DNA of 64,000 nucleotides from Octopus vulgaris (lineage: Eukaryota). A model generated the notes under the pieces. The model was not told the DNA's origin, made no database searches, and was given only the letters and a program-made list of their open reading frames with translations. The stretch lies in contig OX597835.1 of NCBI GenBank assembly GCA_951406725.2, positions 48,794,001-48,858,000 of the forward strand, in the 5' to 3' direction. This document shows, piece after piece, positions 43,288 through 54,876 of the stretch (the stretch's first letter is position 1; every line of letters begins with the position of its first letter). A program made the translations under genes and the position numbers.

Positions 43288-44560
43288 ACGATCAAAAGGG
43301 ATCGAAATTGTTTGGCATATACACAAAAAAAGTCGAAATAGTAAGTTCTCAAGAATTGGGGAGGTTTATCCGAGGAAAGAAAAACCTACGAAAAGACCAC
43401 GGTAACCTCGGGCAATAATGTCACATATTAACACATTTATTTAAAAGTAAGTAATTATTTCTTTTTCCGGTTCATCGGATCATGCTCAAGGTGACTTCAT
43501 CATTCTTACGTACCATCCTTGCTACATTTACCAACCTTTTTTTGAAACATTCGCTAGACAAAACTTGCCTCTCTACTCTCACCTTCCTTTTCAAGTGATA
43601 CTTGAAGAAGTTGATGAGTGATTGACCACAGAGGAAAGTGTGTATCTCCAAATCTTTCAGACGCGTCCACCAGATACATTCTTTTGCCATAGCCACAAGT
43701 ATGATGAAAATAGTTCTTCCTTCCCGTTTGAAGGAAGGAGGCGTGACAATATTGACGATAGACTCGGCTGATAAACCGACTCGTCCGACACGTGACAGCA
43801 GTCGTTCGACATAAGCCCACAGGTCGGAAATGGTTAGACACTGCACAAGTGTGTGCAGAACGGTTTCGTCGCTCTTACCGCATCTCGGGCAGGTCGGCCC
43901 TGTGTTTCTCGAGCCGTGTCTGTAGAGCTTATCTTGAACGGGTAGCGCTCCTCGGTAACACTGCCAGGCCAAGGATCTCTGGAAGTTGTCCATAGGTCCC
44001 AGCCTGAAGGTCGTCTTGAACAGGCGGGTCAGGTTTTCCCTGTCGATGCCCAGGTTCGCCCAGAGATCGTTGTCGTACCTCCTCTCCACGAATCCACTAT
44101 AGAATGCTTTGATTGTGATGCAGTCGCTCAAGGTCGAACCGGGTCGGTAGTGTTGCTTGACAGTAACGCGACACTCGCGGTGCCATTCGCCTAGCCTCGG
44201 CCTCTCCTTGATCCACGACTTCAGCTCGGTCGTGGAGACGAGCTGCAGGAAAGCTGCCAAGACAGACGTCTCCAAACAAGTCTGGCATACAATTGTATAG
44301 ATCGTAGGGAGGACCATCCAAACCCTGCGATTTGTCCTTCGAGCATCCTGCCATCGTGTCCCTCACTGCCCCCTCCGTGATGGCACCTTCGCAGCACGCT
44401 GCCTCTCTTGCCGGGAATTGAAGTGTTGGTCGAGGACCAGCCTCGCCGCCAAAACGTCGGATTCGATACCGCTTCTTATCGCCTCTTCTAACTTCTTGAC
44501 TAGCTCAGCCTCTACTCTATTTCTATCTATGGCAGCGACTTTGGAAAGAGATGCGTGGTG
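43288..44560 (-). mobile_element. L1/Tx1-clade LINE ORF2 remnant, internally deleted
   Basis: The post-EN linker and RT start (KSQGLDGPPYDLY, compare KSPGxDGLPxEFY) join directly to the C-terminal zinc knuckle LAWQCYRGALPVQDKL...CPRCGKSDETVLHTLVQC, then the 3' UTR. Confidence 0.88.
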
Positions 44561-44600
44561 TTCAATCATGTTCTTTACGTTTTGTGACGTCCTGTACCCA

Positions 44601-44651
<51 letters not shown>

Positions 44652-44657
44652 TATATG

Positions 44658-44704
<47 letters not shown>

Positions 44705-44722
44705 TACATATATATATATATA

Positions 44723-45417
44723 CTAGCATTAAAGACCCGTCGTTGCCGGGTCATAGTGCTAGTGCATGTATATATGTGTATATATATGTGTACATATTAC
44801 ATGTACATCTATATATATACAATACACATAAAATGCAAAATACAAAGTTATATCTTGATATCGCTAGTGATAACAATACTCAAAATATATAACAGACTGG
44901 AATTGTTAGCTCTTCTTTTTTCTCTATATTGTATACTTTATAGACAATAATCTTTTCTTTAATTTAATTTTTTATTATCCATCTGGACTATTCCATTTCT
45001 GCACGCTAATTTTATTTTTAATTTAATTGCCATTCATGTGAAACAACTTATTCAAGTTCAAATCATTGATGCAATTTTATACCAATTGCTATTTTTACTA
45101 TATTATACTTTAGTTTGATTTTTAATTATTACTTACTACATATAATTCAATTGTTATTATTATTTTTATTGTTAAAATGAAAGCATCTGACATAAAATAG
45201 AGAAATATTTTTGTTTCACTTTTAACACGTAATACTGAAATAGTGGAGAAGATATGATATTGCTATGGGCTCGCTCTAAGCAAGAAGTTGAACTTTTTTG
45301 GCCCATGAAACTACATGGACCCTAAGTAAGGCATGTGTAAAATTTGAATGAAATTGGTTGTGTAGTTCTCAAGTTTTAGGGAAACACACAGGACAGACAG
45401 ATACACACACATTCTCA

Positions 45418-45430
<13 letters not shown>
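44723..45430 (-). mobile_element. Non-autonomous Helitron
   Basis: The minus-strand 3' end has the hairpin gacccg/cgggtc followed by CTAG|T. The 5' region tatataaaactgagaatgtgtgtgtatctgtctgtc...aaccaatttcattcaaatttt resembles non-autonomous invertebrate Helitron starts. Confidence 0.7.
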
Positions 45431-45500
<70 letters not shown>

Positions 45501-46052
45501 TATTATTATATGATTGAACGCCACGCATCCATTTCCAAGTGTGATGCGACTCTTCCCTGTACTGTTCTATCTCTCTCTTTCTCCTTTACTCCCTCTCGTT
45601 GCTCACACGTGACCATCAACCATCTTTCGTTTCTCACGTGATCAGCTTTCTCTACTTTCAGTCTGTCTTACAGACCAGACTCATTCTTCTCTGTTTCCTC
45701 CCCCTATCTTGTCAAATACAAAATTCCCCCACCGTTCGCATCTTTAATTCGTCTGGCTTAACGGTCCTCCTTGTTTGTTTTCGTTCAGTTTGTGGTATGT
45801 ATCCACTGACCAGTTTTTGTTACCATCCTTGACCCTTCGCAAAATCCTAAATTTCGCGGGAGCAACAGCATTTTCGAAGGCTCATATTGTCGTTAAATGC
45901 TCGAAATGAGGAGTAGATGCACAGCCGACAACTGATGAATGGTCATTTCTTATGTTGCTTCTCTTGTTTTCCATTTGTTCCTTTCGTTGTTCCCATACCC
46001 AGGTTTGTCTTCGTATTTCATGTTGTTTACGTTTTGCGACTTCCTGTACACA

Positions 46053-46101
<49 letters not shown>

Positions 46102-46318
46102 CATACATACATACATACATACATACATACATACATACATACATACATACATACATACATGCATACATACATATATATATGTGTGTGTGTGCGTGTATGT
46201 ATGTATGTATATGTATACATGTATGTACATATATGTATGTATATATGCATATATATATATATTTTCATATTATCATATGATTGAATGCCACGCATCCATT
46301 TCCAAGTAAGCTTATCTT

Positions 46319-46351
<33 letters not shown>

Positions 46352-46359
46352 CATATATG

Positions 46360-46414
<55 letters not shown>

Positions 46415-46461
46415 ACATACATATATGTACGTAAATATATATATATATAGATATACGTATG

Positions 46462-46577
<116 letters not shown>

Positions 46578-47115
46578 CACGCACATGTATCTTAATATAG
46601 GGATTCAATCATCAAAGTAATATATATCCATTAAAAATATACTTAGTTCTACTTAATCATACACACAGACACACGCAAAACCATATTTTATATATATATA
46701 TATATATATACACTTGTTTGTGTGCGTGTTTAAGTATGTCTATATGTATGTAATTAACATATATGTATGTATATACATATGTGAATACGTACGCAGGAAC
46801 ATTTTTTTATAAGACAAAACTGTCGCCACGTGTATGCAACAGTTAAGTCAAGTGTGAGTTGAATATCTGTGGATGAGGTCAAACTTTATTCTGTTAAATG
46901 TCACTTAAATATGATATTCATTACTCTGCCATGCTGTATTAAGTTGCAACAACAACCAACACTATATCTGCTTACCCTCCCTTTCGTCTCTCCATAAGTA
47001 TATATCTATCTGTCTGTCTGCCTATCAATCTGTCTATCTATCTCACTGCCTCTCTGCCAATTTATTAATCAAAAAATTCTATGAATGCATATTAGTATAT
47101 ATATATATACATATA

Positions 47116-47217
<102 letters not shown>

Positions 47218-47331
47218 AATATAATATAATAAAATAAAATAAATATATGCGTAAATATATATATGTATGCATATTATATATATATATATATAATATACAT
47301 ACATATATATGAATATAAAATACATAAGGAC

Positions 47332-47398
<67 letters not shown>

Positions 47399-47422
47399 CG
47401 TGTCGTTATTTCTGTTGTGTTT

Positions 47423-47477
47423 TAACAAAACTGTCCGACGAATGGTAACGTGAAACTCTGAGTAACAGCTTTTGTTA
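47423..47477 (+). ncRNA. Type I hammerhead ribozyme with a variant CCGACGA core
   Basis: taacaaaactgt-CCGACGA-atg[gtaa]cgt-GAAA-ctctgag-TA-acag(c)ttttgtta. Stem I is 12 bp with one bulge. Confidence 0.75.
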
Positions 47478-47586
47478 TATTTCTGCTGCTTTTAAATAAC
47501 GCATGTTACTCTACTTCTGGTATTTGCGTACTCTTTTTTTTCCACCTTGTTTCACATTTATGTGCTTACTCCGCTATATGTATATG

Positions 47587-47650
<64 letters not shown>

Positions 47651-47836
47651 TGAATGAATCCTATGTTTATCGTCAGTATGGAAAATTCTTTGAACCGAAA
47701 CCTGGGTAGCAAATTCACGTCAGAAACACGGTTGAAGCGACCTGTCCTTTGGAATGAAACCATGTTGTCTTCGAAACATATGTCGAGAGTAAAGGAATTT
47801 TGTTAACATCTTCGTTTGACTCCATTCTTTCATTTA

Positions 47837-47892
<56 letters not shown>

Positions 47893-47893
<1 letters not shown>

Positions 47894-48141
47894 TGACCCC
47901 CTTCGGTCACGACACTGACCATGGGATTGCACCTAGAAAGTTACCCTCCTAGTCACAAGTCTGGGCAAGGTGTTTTATGGAAGACCAGCAGTCGCCCATG
48001 CATACCGGCCTCCCCTCTCTACGCCACCAGTGTTATCCAAGGGAAAGGCAAAGGCCGATACAGCTTGGCACCCGTGACGTCGCAACTCATTTATACAGCT
48101 GAGTTAACTGGAGCAACGTGAAATAAAGTGTCTTACTCAAG
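47893..48141 (-). mobile_element. SINE-like 3' portion
   Basis: The reverse complement begins cttgagtaagacactttatttcacgttgctccagttaactcagctg, a core shared with 40000-40045, followed by a distinct tail. Confidence 0.55.
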
Positions 48142-48896
48142 TACTGAAGTACTGAAGTATTCGAACAAATCGATGTAAACACAGTATACCCAAATTTCCA
48201 AGTATATCTGTTGATAACATACACTCACACATAGTTGCAGTTATTATTGAAGTTGCACTCAATACTGGAGCCTTAAGCAGATAGAAATCCATTACATTCC
48301 ACAACTAAATGAATGCGTATAACTTTAGCGTTAAGTACTGTTGCCTAGATTGTATAACATCGGTGGCTACATCGGGAAACAAACTGTACACCGAAGCCAT
48401 AGAATGCTACTGCCAAAACTAAACAACCTGCCCACTGTGAGGACTGTGCAGATCCATTGTAGCGCTTAATGGGGCGACTGTCACCTTACATAGTGATACA
48501 TCACAGTTAAGAAAACTTCAAATAATTTTCCATCTTATCTAGAAAGTATGGGATGAGGAAAGCATAAATTGGAGATTTCTCGGCAGAGCCCCTTTCTCTT
48601 CGCCCGGAGCGCAGAAACGTCGTTTTCATCTCTTGGAAATTATAATCTTTCTGTAGATTTAGGGTGTCATTAGAGTTCTTGACCGCCTGTGCTACTTTTC
48701 TATCTCTAGCAGAGCTGTTGAGAGTGGCTGACTGTATGGCTGATGGCATGTCTGATAATTTAATCTCCACTGAGAATTTGTCTCCCCAGAGAAAATAACT
48801 TTGGCTTCAACTGTCTGACTTCCACTGTTTAAATACAAATAAATATACATACATTCATAAGTGTGTGTGTGTTTGTGTACGTATGTATGTATAATT

Positions 48897-49450
48897 AGTT
48901 CATCCATCGTTATCGATGATGACCAGTGACATCACATGGGAGTAGACGAGTCACGGTATTTGGGGCTGAGACCGATCAGGCCGATGGGTGCTCGGAAGGC
49001 TCTGCTGCATGAAAGGGCACTGGCGCTCTGCTGAGATTGGCTCTGAGTTGGCTCTGGACTTGCGCAGTTCGCATTTTCTTTGTGCCTTTTCATTACTCTT
49101 CTATTAATTGTGAAACCAAAATTGTTACAGGTAGTCCATCTCTACAAGAGGAAGGGTAATAGACAGGCCTGTGGCAGCCACCGAGGAATTTCTCTCTTTA
49201 TCATTGATGGCAAGATACTCACACGAATCCTCCTGAACCTCATGGGAGACGGGCATCTACCAGCGAGTCAGTGTGGCGTCAGTGACAGCCAAGGGACAGT
49301 CGATATGATCTTTACCGATATGATCTTCAGAAGTGCCAGGAATGAAACGGGGACCAATGCACGACGTTTGTAATCCTAAACAAGGCCTTTGACACCCTCA
49401 GTCACGAGGAGATTCGGAAGATAAGAGGAAGGTTCAGCTACCCTGGAAAA
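48897..49450. mobile_element. RTE LINE remnant: 3' end on - (48897-49100) joined to an RT fragment on + (49120-49450)
   Basis: Minus strand: RKCELRKSRA and SCSRAFRAPIGLI, ending gtcatcatcgataacgatggatgaac. Plus strand: VVHLYKRKGNRQACGSHRGISL..GKILTRILL..LPASQCG..GTVDMIF, then KAFDTLSHEEI. Confidence 0.82.
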
Positions 49451-49494
49451 GTCATGTATGTATATATGTATATGTTTGTATGTTTGCATATTTA

Positions 49495-49620
49495 TGTGAA
49501 GGCGCATAGCCTAGTGGTAAGGGTGTTGCACTCGCGATCGCGAGATTATAGGTTCGATTCCTAGACCGAGAGATGTATTGTACTCTTGAGAAAAAACTTC
49601 ATCTCATGTTCCTCTGCGAT
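49495..49620 (+). mobile_element. SINE family C head, degenerate
   Basis: gtgaaggcgcatagcctagtggtaagggtgttgcactcgcgatcgcgagattataggttcgattcctagaccg. Confidence 0.75.
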
Positions 49621-49999
49621 TGCATCGACATCTGACATGTGTCTCCCCGTGCACCTCTACAGGTAAAATCAATCTGTTGCAGGGGTGGGGGTGGCAAATG
49701 TGCAGCACGGACATTTCTTCAGTATAAACAAATCGTCCGTACAGTTTGTTTAGCAGAACCGACTTTCTCGTGCTCGAAGGACTACAAGGCATCCATGCAT
49801 TTATGCATTTTTATGCATGTATGCACGCATGCATTCATGTATTACCTGTCATTGTCCAATCACGTTTAGACAGATTCGTAGAAATTATTTCTTCTGCATG
49901 AAGGATAAACACAACACACGGAGCCTTGGCTCTTGATTCACTTATGTAACCAAATGACAAATGTACAAGACACTGTATTCGTATATACATATATATATA

Positions 50000-50204
50000 T
50001 TACTCTTTTACTTGTTTCAGTCATTTGACTGCGGCCATGCTGGAGCACCGCCTTTAGTCGAGCAAATCGACCCAGGGACTTATTCTTTGTAAGCCCAGTA
50101 CTTATTCTATCGGTCTCTTTTTGCCGAACCGCAAAGTGACGGGGACGTAAACACACCAGCATCGGTTGTCAAGCAATGCTAGGGGGACAAACACAGACAC
50201 ACAA

Positions 50205-50236
<32 letters not shown>

Positions 50237-50420
50237 TTATATACATATAAACATATATACGACGGGCTTCTTTCAGTTTCCGTCTACCAAATCCACTCAC
50301 AAGGCATTGGTCGGCCCGGGGCTATAGCAGAAGACACTTGCCCAAGATGCCACGCAGTGGGACTGAACCCGGAACCATGTGGCTAGTTAGCAAGCTACTT
50401 ACCCACACAGCCACTCCTGT
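50000..50420 (-). mobile_element. SINE family A, full length, young
   Basis: It is highly similar over its whole length to 24861-25273. Confidence 0.93.
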
Positions 50421-50428
50421 ATATATAT

Positions 50429-50465
<37 letters not shown>

Positions 50466-50469
<4 letters not shown>

Positions 50470-50862
50470 GCTGGCGTGGCTGTGTGGTAATAGGCTAGCT
50501 TTCTAGACACTTAGTTCCGGACTCAGTCTCACAGTATGGCAGCTTGGACTTTAGTTTCGGGCCGACCAAAGCCTTGTGATTAGATTTGAACGATGGAAAC
50601 ATATATGACGAAGAACACCGTCTTATATGTGAATCTTTGAACATATCTATGTGTGTGTGTGTTTGTCACTTCACCACTAGTTGAGGACCGGCGTTGATGA
50701 GTTTACGTTACCTGTAACCAAGCGGTGCAGCAAAGGGAGCCGATAGAAAGAGAAACAGACTTAACAATAAATAAGAGTTCGGCTTCGATTCATTCGACTA
50801 AAAATTCTTCAAGGTCGTGCCCCAGCATGGCCGCTGTCGAATATGACTGAAATAAGTAAAAG
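50466..50862 (+). mobile_element. SINE family A, older diverged copy
   Basis: ggcgtggctgtgtggtaat...gggccgaccaaagccttgtg...gtgccccagcatggccgctgtcgaatatgactgaaataagtaaaag. Confidence 0.85.
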
Positions 50863-50876
50863 ACAACGGATAGATA

Positions 50877-50918
<42 letters not shown>

Positions 50919-51263
50919 TACATACACACACACATACATATATATATATCATATATATACATATATATATGCATATATATATATGTATATATATATATAT
51001 ATGTATATATATATAGATATATATATATATATATATATATATGTTATTATATGTATATATATGTTATTTGCACTTGTATGTCACGAAGTTTCTACATCGA
51101 GCAACGCCTCTTCAATATTATCTTGAAGCAAAATTTATTTAGCTACTTTCTATCACGAGCTGCCTTAAACCTCAAGATTTAGGTGTGGTATCATAAACAG
51201 GGTCATATTGGGTTTCTATTGACGATATCGCCAACTCCGTCATACAACTACATTCACACACAT

Positions 51264-51384
<121 letters not shown>

Positions 51385-51704
51385 GTCTCAGTATATACAT
51401 ATATAAATATATATATATTCCCCTCCGACATACACATTAAAATATGCATATTACTTGTGTGTTTATTTCTGTATGTGTACAAGTGTATAAACATATAGAT
51501 ATATATATGTATATATGTGTGTGTGTGTGCGTGTGCATGTGCGTGTACATTTTCTTGTATGTGCGTATAAAATTATTTTATGAACGCGTGTTCATGATTG
51601 AGCTACATAATTCTATTCGGCCATAAGCTTACATGTACACACCCATTTATGAAAATATATATGCTTTGTAGATCCATCTGTCTTAATGCATAAAATGCTA
51701 ATAC

Positions 51705-51790
<86 letters not shown>

Positions 51791-51831
51791 ATACATATGC
51801 ATATATATACATATATACATATGCACAAGTC

Positions 51832-51891
<60 letters not shown>

Positions 51892-52034
51892 TATACATAT
51901 GCATATCTTATATTTATATATGTGTATGTGTATGTGTGTGTGTGTGTGTGTGTTTATGTGTGTGTAAGTATGTATTAAAATATATGCATAAATGCATAAA
52001 TGTATATATCTATGCCATTATTCATTTTCATTTC

Positions 52035-53032
52035 AAAATTTTTTGCCAAAAAAGAACTGGTTTCTAACGGGGATCCAAGGTTCCTTCTTTAGGATTTGAA
52101 CACCAGAGTAGTTTCGTGTATGTATGTATGTGTGTGTATGTATGTATGTATGTATGTATGTGTGTGTATGTATGTATGTATGTATGTATGTATGTGTGTG
52201 TATGTATGTATTATGTATGTATGTATACGTGCAGATTTGTATGTTTTGTTTTATGTATGACTTCTGATGCACATAGGTGCATGTCTAGACATTCTCATAT
52301 ATACTTAAGTGATTAATGTCTGGAAAGTTTGACAGATTTTTACAGTTCCAGTGATGGATTGGATCTGTAGTCTTCGAATCAGCTTTCTCCTATCTGATTT
52401 GAGAAGTCTAATTTCTCAAGATTAGTATTTAGGCAATGTGTGGCATATCCCAGGGCCCCAATAATCAGAGATATATACCTGAACTTGTAATCTCGATACA
52501 GTAGATGCAGTTTCCTCAATAGTTCTGCATAAGTATTTTCTTCCTCTCTGATCTTCATGTATGTCAATATTTAGTTTATTTCAAGGTTTCTTGCGAATAA
52601 AGAAAGAACCGGTTTCTAACCTAGATTCAAGGTTCCTTCATTGGAAATTCAACATCAACAACAGGGTACTTTTCTTTGTATGTACGTACGTATGTATGTA
52701 TGTTTTATGTATGCATTCTCATGCATATAGTTGCATATCTAGACATGTTCATATATATTTAAATGATAAACTTCTGGAAGGTTTTACAGATTTTTACAGT
52801 TCCAGTGATGGATTGGATCTGTAGTCTTCGAATTAGCTTTCTCCTTTCTGGTTTTGAAAAGCCTAATTTCTCAAGACTGGTATTTAGGCAGAGTGTTACA
52901 TATCCCAGGGCCCCAATAATTGCAGGTATAAACCGGAACTTGTAATCTGGATAGGGTAACTGCAGATTTCTCAATAGTTTAGCATAGATGTTCTGTTTTT
53001 CACTGATCTTCAGATTTATGTTAACATCCACT
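52035..53032 (-). mobile_element. Two tandem 3' fragments of an RLE-type LINE
   Basis: DVNINLKISEKQNIYAKLLRNLQLPYPDYKFRFIPAIIGALGY and its paralog YAELLRKLHLLYRDYKFRYISLIIGALGY. Each is followed by the same 3' UTR with (TACA)n and aaagaac(t/c)ggtttctaac. Confidence 0.82.
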
Positions 53033-53062
53033 GAGCGTATATATGCATGTATGTAAGTATTA

Positions 53063-53941
53063 CAAAGTCTGATCAATAAGTATCCGGACTGTTGCCATAG
53101 TAGCTAAGCTAAAGCACTCAGAATGAAGCCGCGAGACAAAGATTGACCGTGAACCCTGCTGTGCATGCGCACCGAAGTTTTACCGTTCAGGCTCACTTCC
53201 ACTGTTTACAGCAGTGCTCGGAAGGAAGGTGTGTAGCGTGTGATCGTCGCATTGACCATGACATACCTGCTGAGAGGCCAACACAAAGCTGCAGAAAGTG
53301 TATAGAAGGAGTGTATGAAAAGCACACAATTGTACGAGTGTTTCAGACGTTTCCAAGATGGCCGAAAATATGTCGATATCGACTAACCTTCTGGGAGACC
53401 CGCAACCAACAGAACTCAGAGAAACATCATAGATGTGCGTGTAGCTGTGGGGGGAAATCGTCGAATCACCGTCCGTGATTTATCAGAGGATGTGCGGATT
53501 AGTTACGGTTCAATTGAGTCCATTAAAACTGAAGATTTGGGCATGAGACGCGTGTCTGCCAAGTTTGTGCCAAAACTGCTTTCACCTGACCGAAAAAAAA
53601 AAAAACACTCGCGTTTCAGTTGCACAAGATCTCCTTGACTGTGTCGAGAACGATGAAAACTTTTAGAAAACTTTGCGTGGACCTCTGAGCAGGCATCGTC
53701 AGGGTTTTGGCAAAATTTGATGCAGATTCTCTGCTCAACTTTCTGTCATGGTCAATACGATGACCACATGCTACACACGTTCCTTCCAAGCACTGCTGTA
53801 AACATGGGAAGCGAGCTAAAATGTTAAAACTTAGTGTCCATGCACAGCAGAGTTCGAGGTCAATCGGTGCAAAGCGGCTTCACTCTTCATGCTTAGCTTC
53901 GTTACTATGATAACAATCCGGATACTTATTGATCAGACATG
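53063..53941. mobile_element. Mariner-derived fold-back element made of two 5' ends
   Basis: The inverted arms of ~200 bp or more both include the ATG (53258 on +, 53749 on -). The interior encodes RRITVRDLSEDVRISYGSIESI..DLGMRRVSAKFVPKLL and the right arm encodes EQRICIKFCQ on -. Confidence 0.88.
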
Positions 53942-54422
53942 TGTGTATGTGTGTGTATCGTTGTGCAACTTCTTGTTTGATGTCGCGTCGGCGATAGTGA
54001 TCAATACCGAAGTCAGAAAATCCATATTTCTTGGAAAGGACGCAACTGTGTTTTCCCCCTGCATCCTCCAGTTGGCTCAGCCTTTCTTCCGCTCTCTCGA
54101 ACGTACTCAGAGCTTATTCCAGCATTGGGCAACCGGCTGGCTGACGAGTCATTGGAATATGATCCCTGAGTGGTATGCTTGTTTGAATTATACCTAGGAG
54201 TCGTCAGTCTTGCTCTGAGTCCTCTATGCCTTTGCCACGAGACCATCTTCGTACGTCTTAGTCCCGTTCTGTATTCCTTAGCCCCTACCACTATCATCTC
54301 CGGTTAGTCTGTTGCTAAGTAAGGAGTAACTCGATACTCCCTAATTGTCCTTAAACTCCTGATGTAATTTATTGTTTCTTTTGTTTCACAGATGGATCAA
54401 ACATAGTTCACTGTGTGTGTGT

Positions 54423-54532
<110 letters not shown>

Positions 54533-54579
54533 ATGTGGGCTAGAACATTTTCTAATCTTAAATTCTGTAATATTGCTTT

Positions 54580-54737
54580 CAAATTTTGGCAGAAGGCTAG
54601 CAATTTCCGAGGAAGGGTGTAACCGATTACCTCGGCCCTAATGCTTAACTAGTACTTACTTTATCGACCCCGAAGTGTTAAAAGGCAAAGTTGACCTCGG
54701 CGGTATTTGAACTCAGAACATAAAGACGGACGAAATG
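54580..54737 (-). mobile_element. SINE family B, 5'-truncated
   Basis: ttatcgaccccgaagtgttaaaaggcaaagttgacctcggcggtatttgaactcagaac. Confidence 0.8.
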
Positions 54738-54802
54738 TTTTGTAACCTTCAATGCTCATATCAAAATTCTTTTTTCATTAACGCTGTATTCACATTCCTT
54801 TG

Positions 54803-54876
54803 TTCACTCTTCATGCTTAGCTTCGTTACTATGATAACAATCCGGATACTTATTGATCAGACATGTGTGTATGTGT
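54803..54876 (+). repeat. Exact 74-bp copy of 53879-53952
   Basis: ttcactcttcatgcttagc...gatcagacatgtgtgtatgtgt is identical at both sites. Confidence 0.92.

Noticed and set aside
47735-47790. gaaacatatgtc hammerhead 3' half (similarly gaaacagctgtc near 42012)
   Set aside because: No intact CUGANGA or stem I partner is present upstream.
54140-54170. CTGACGA followed by a hairpin
   Set aside because: No GAAA follows the stem.
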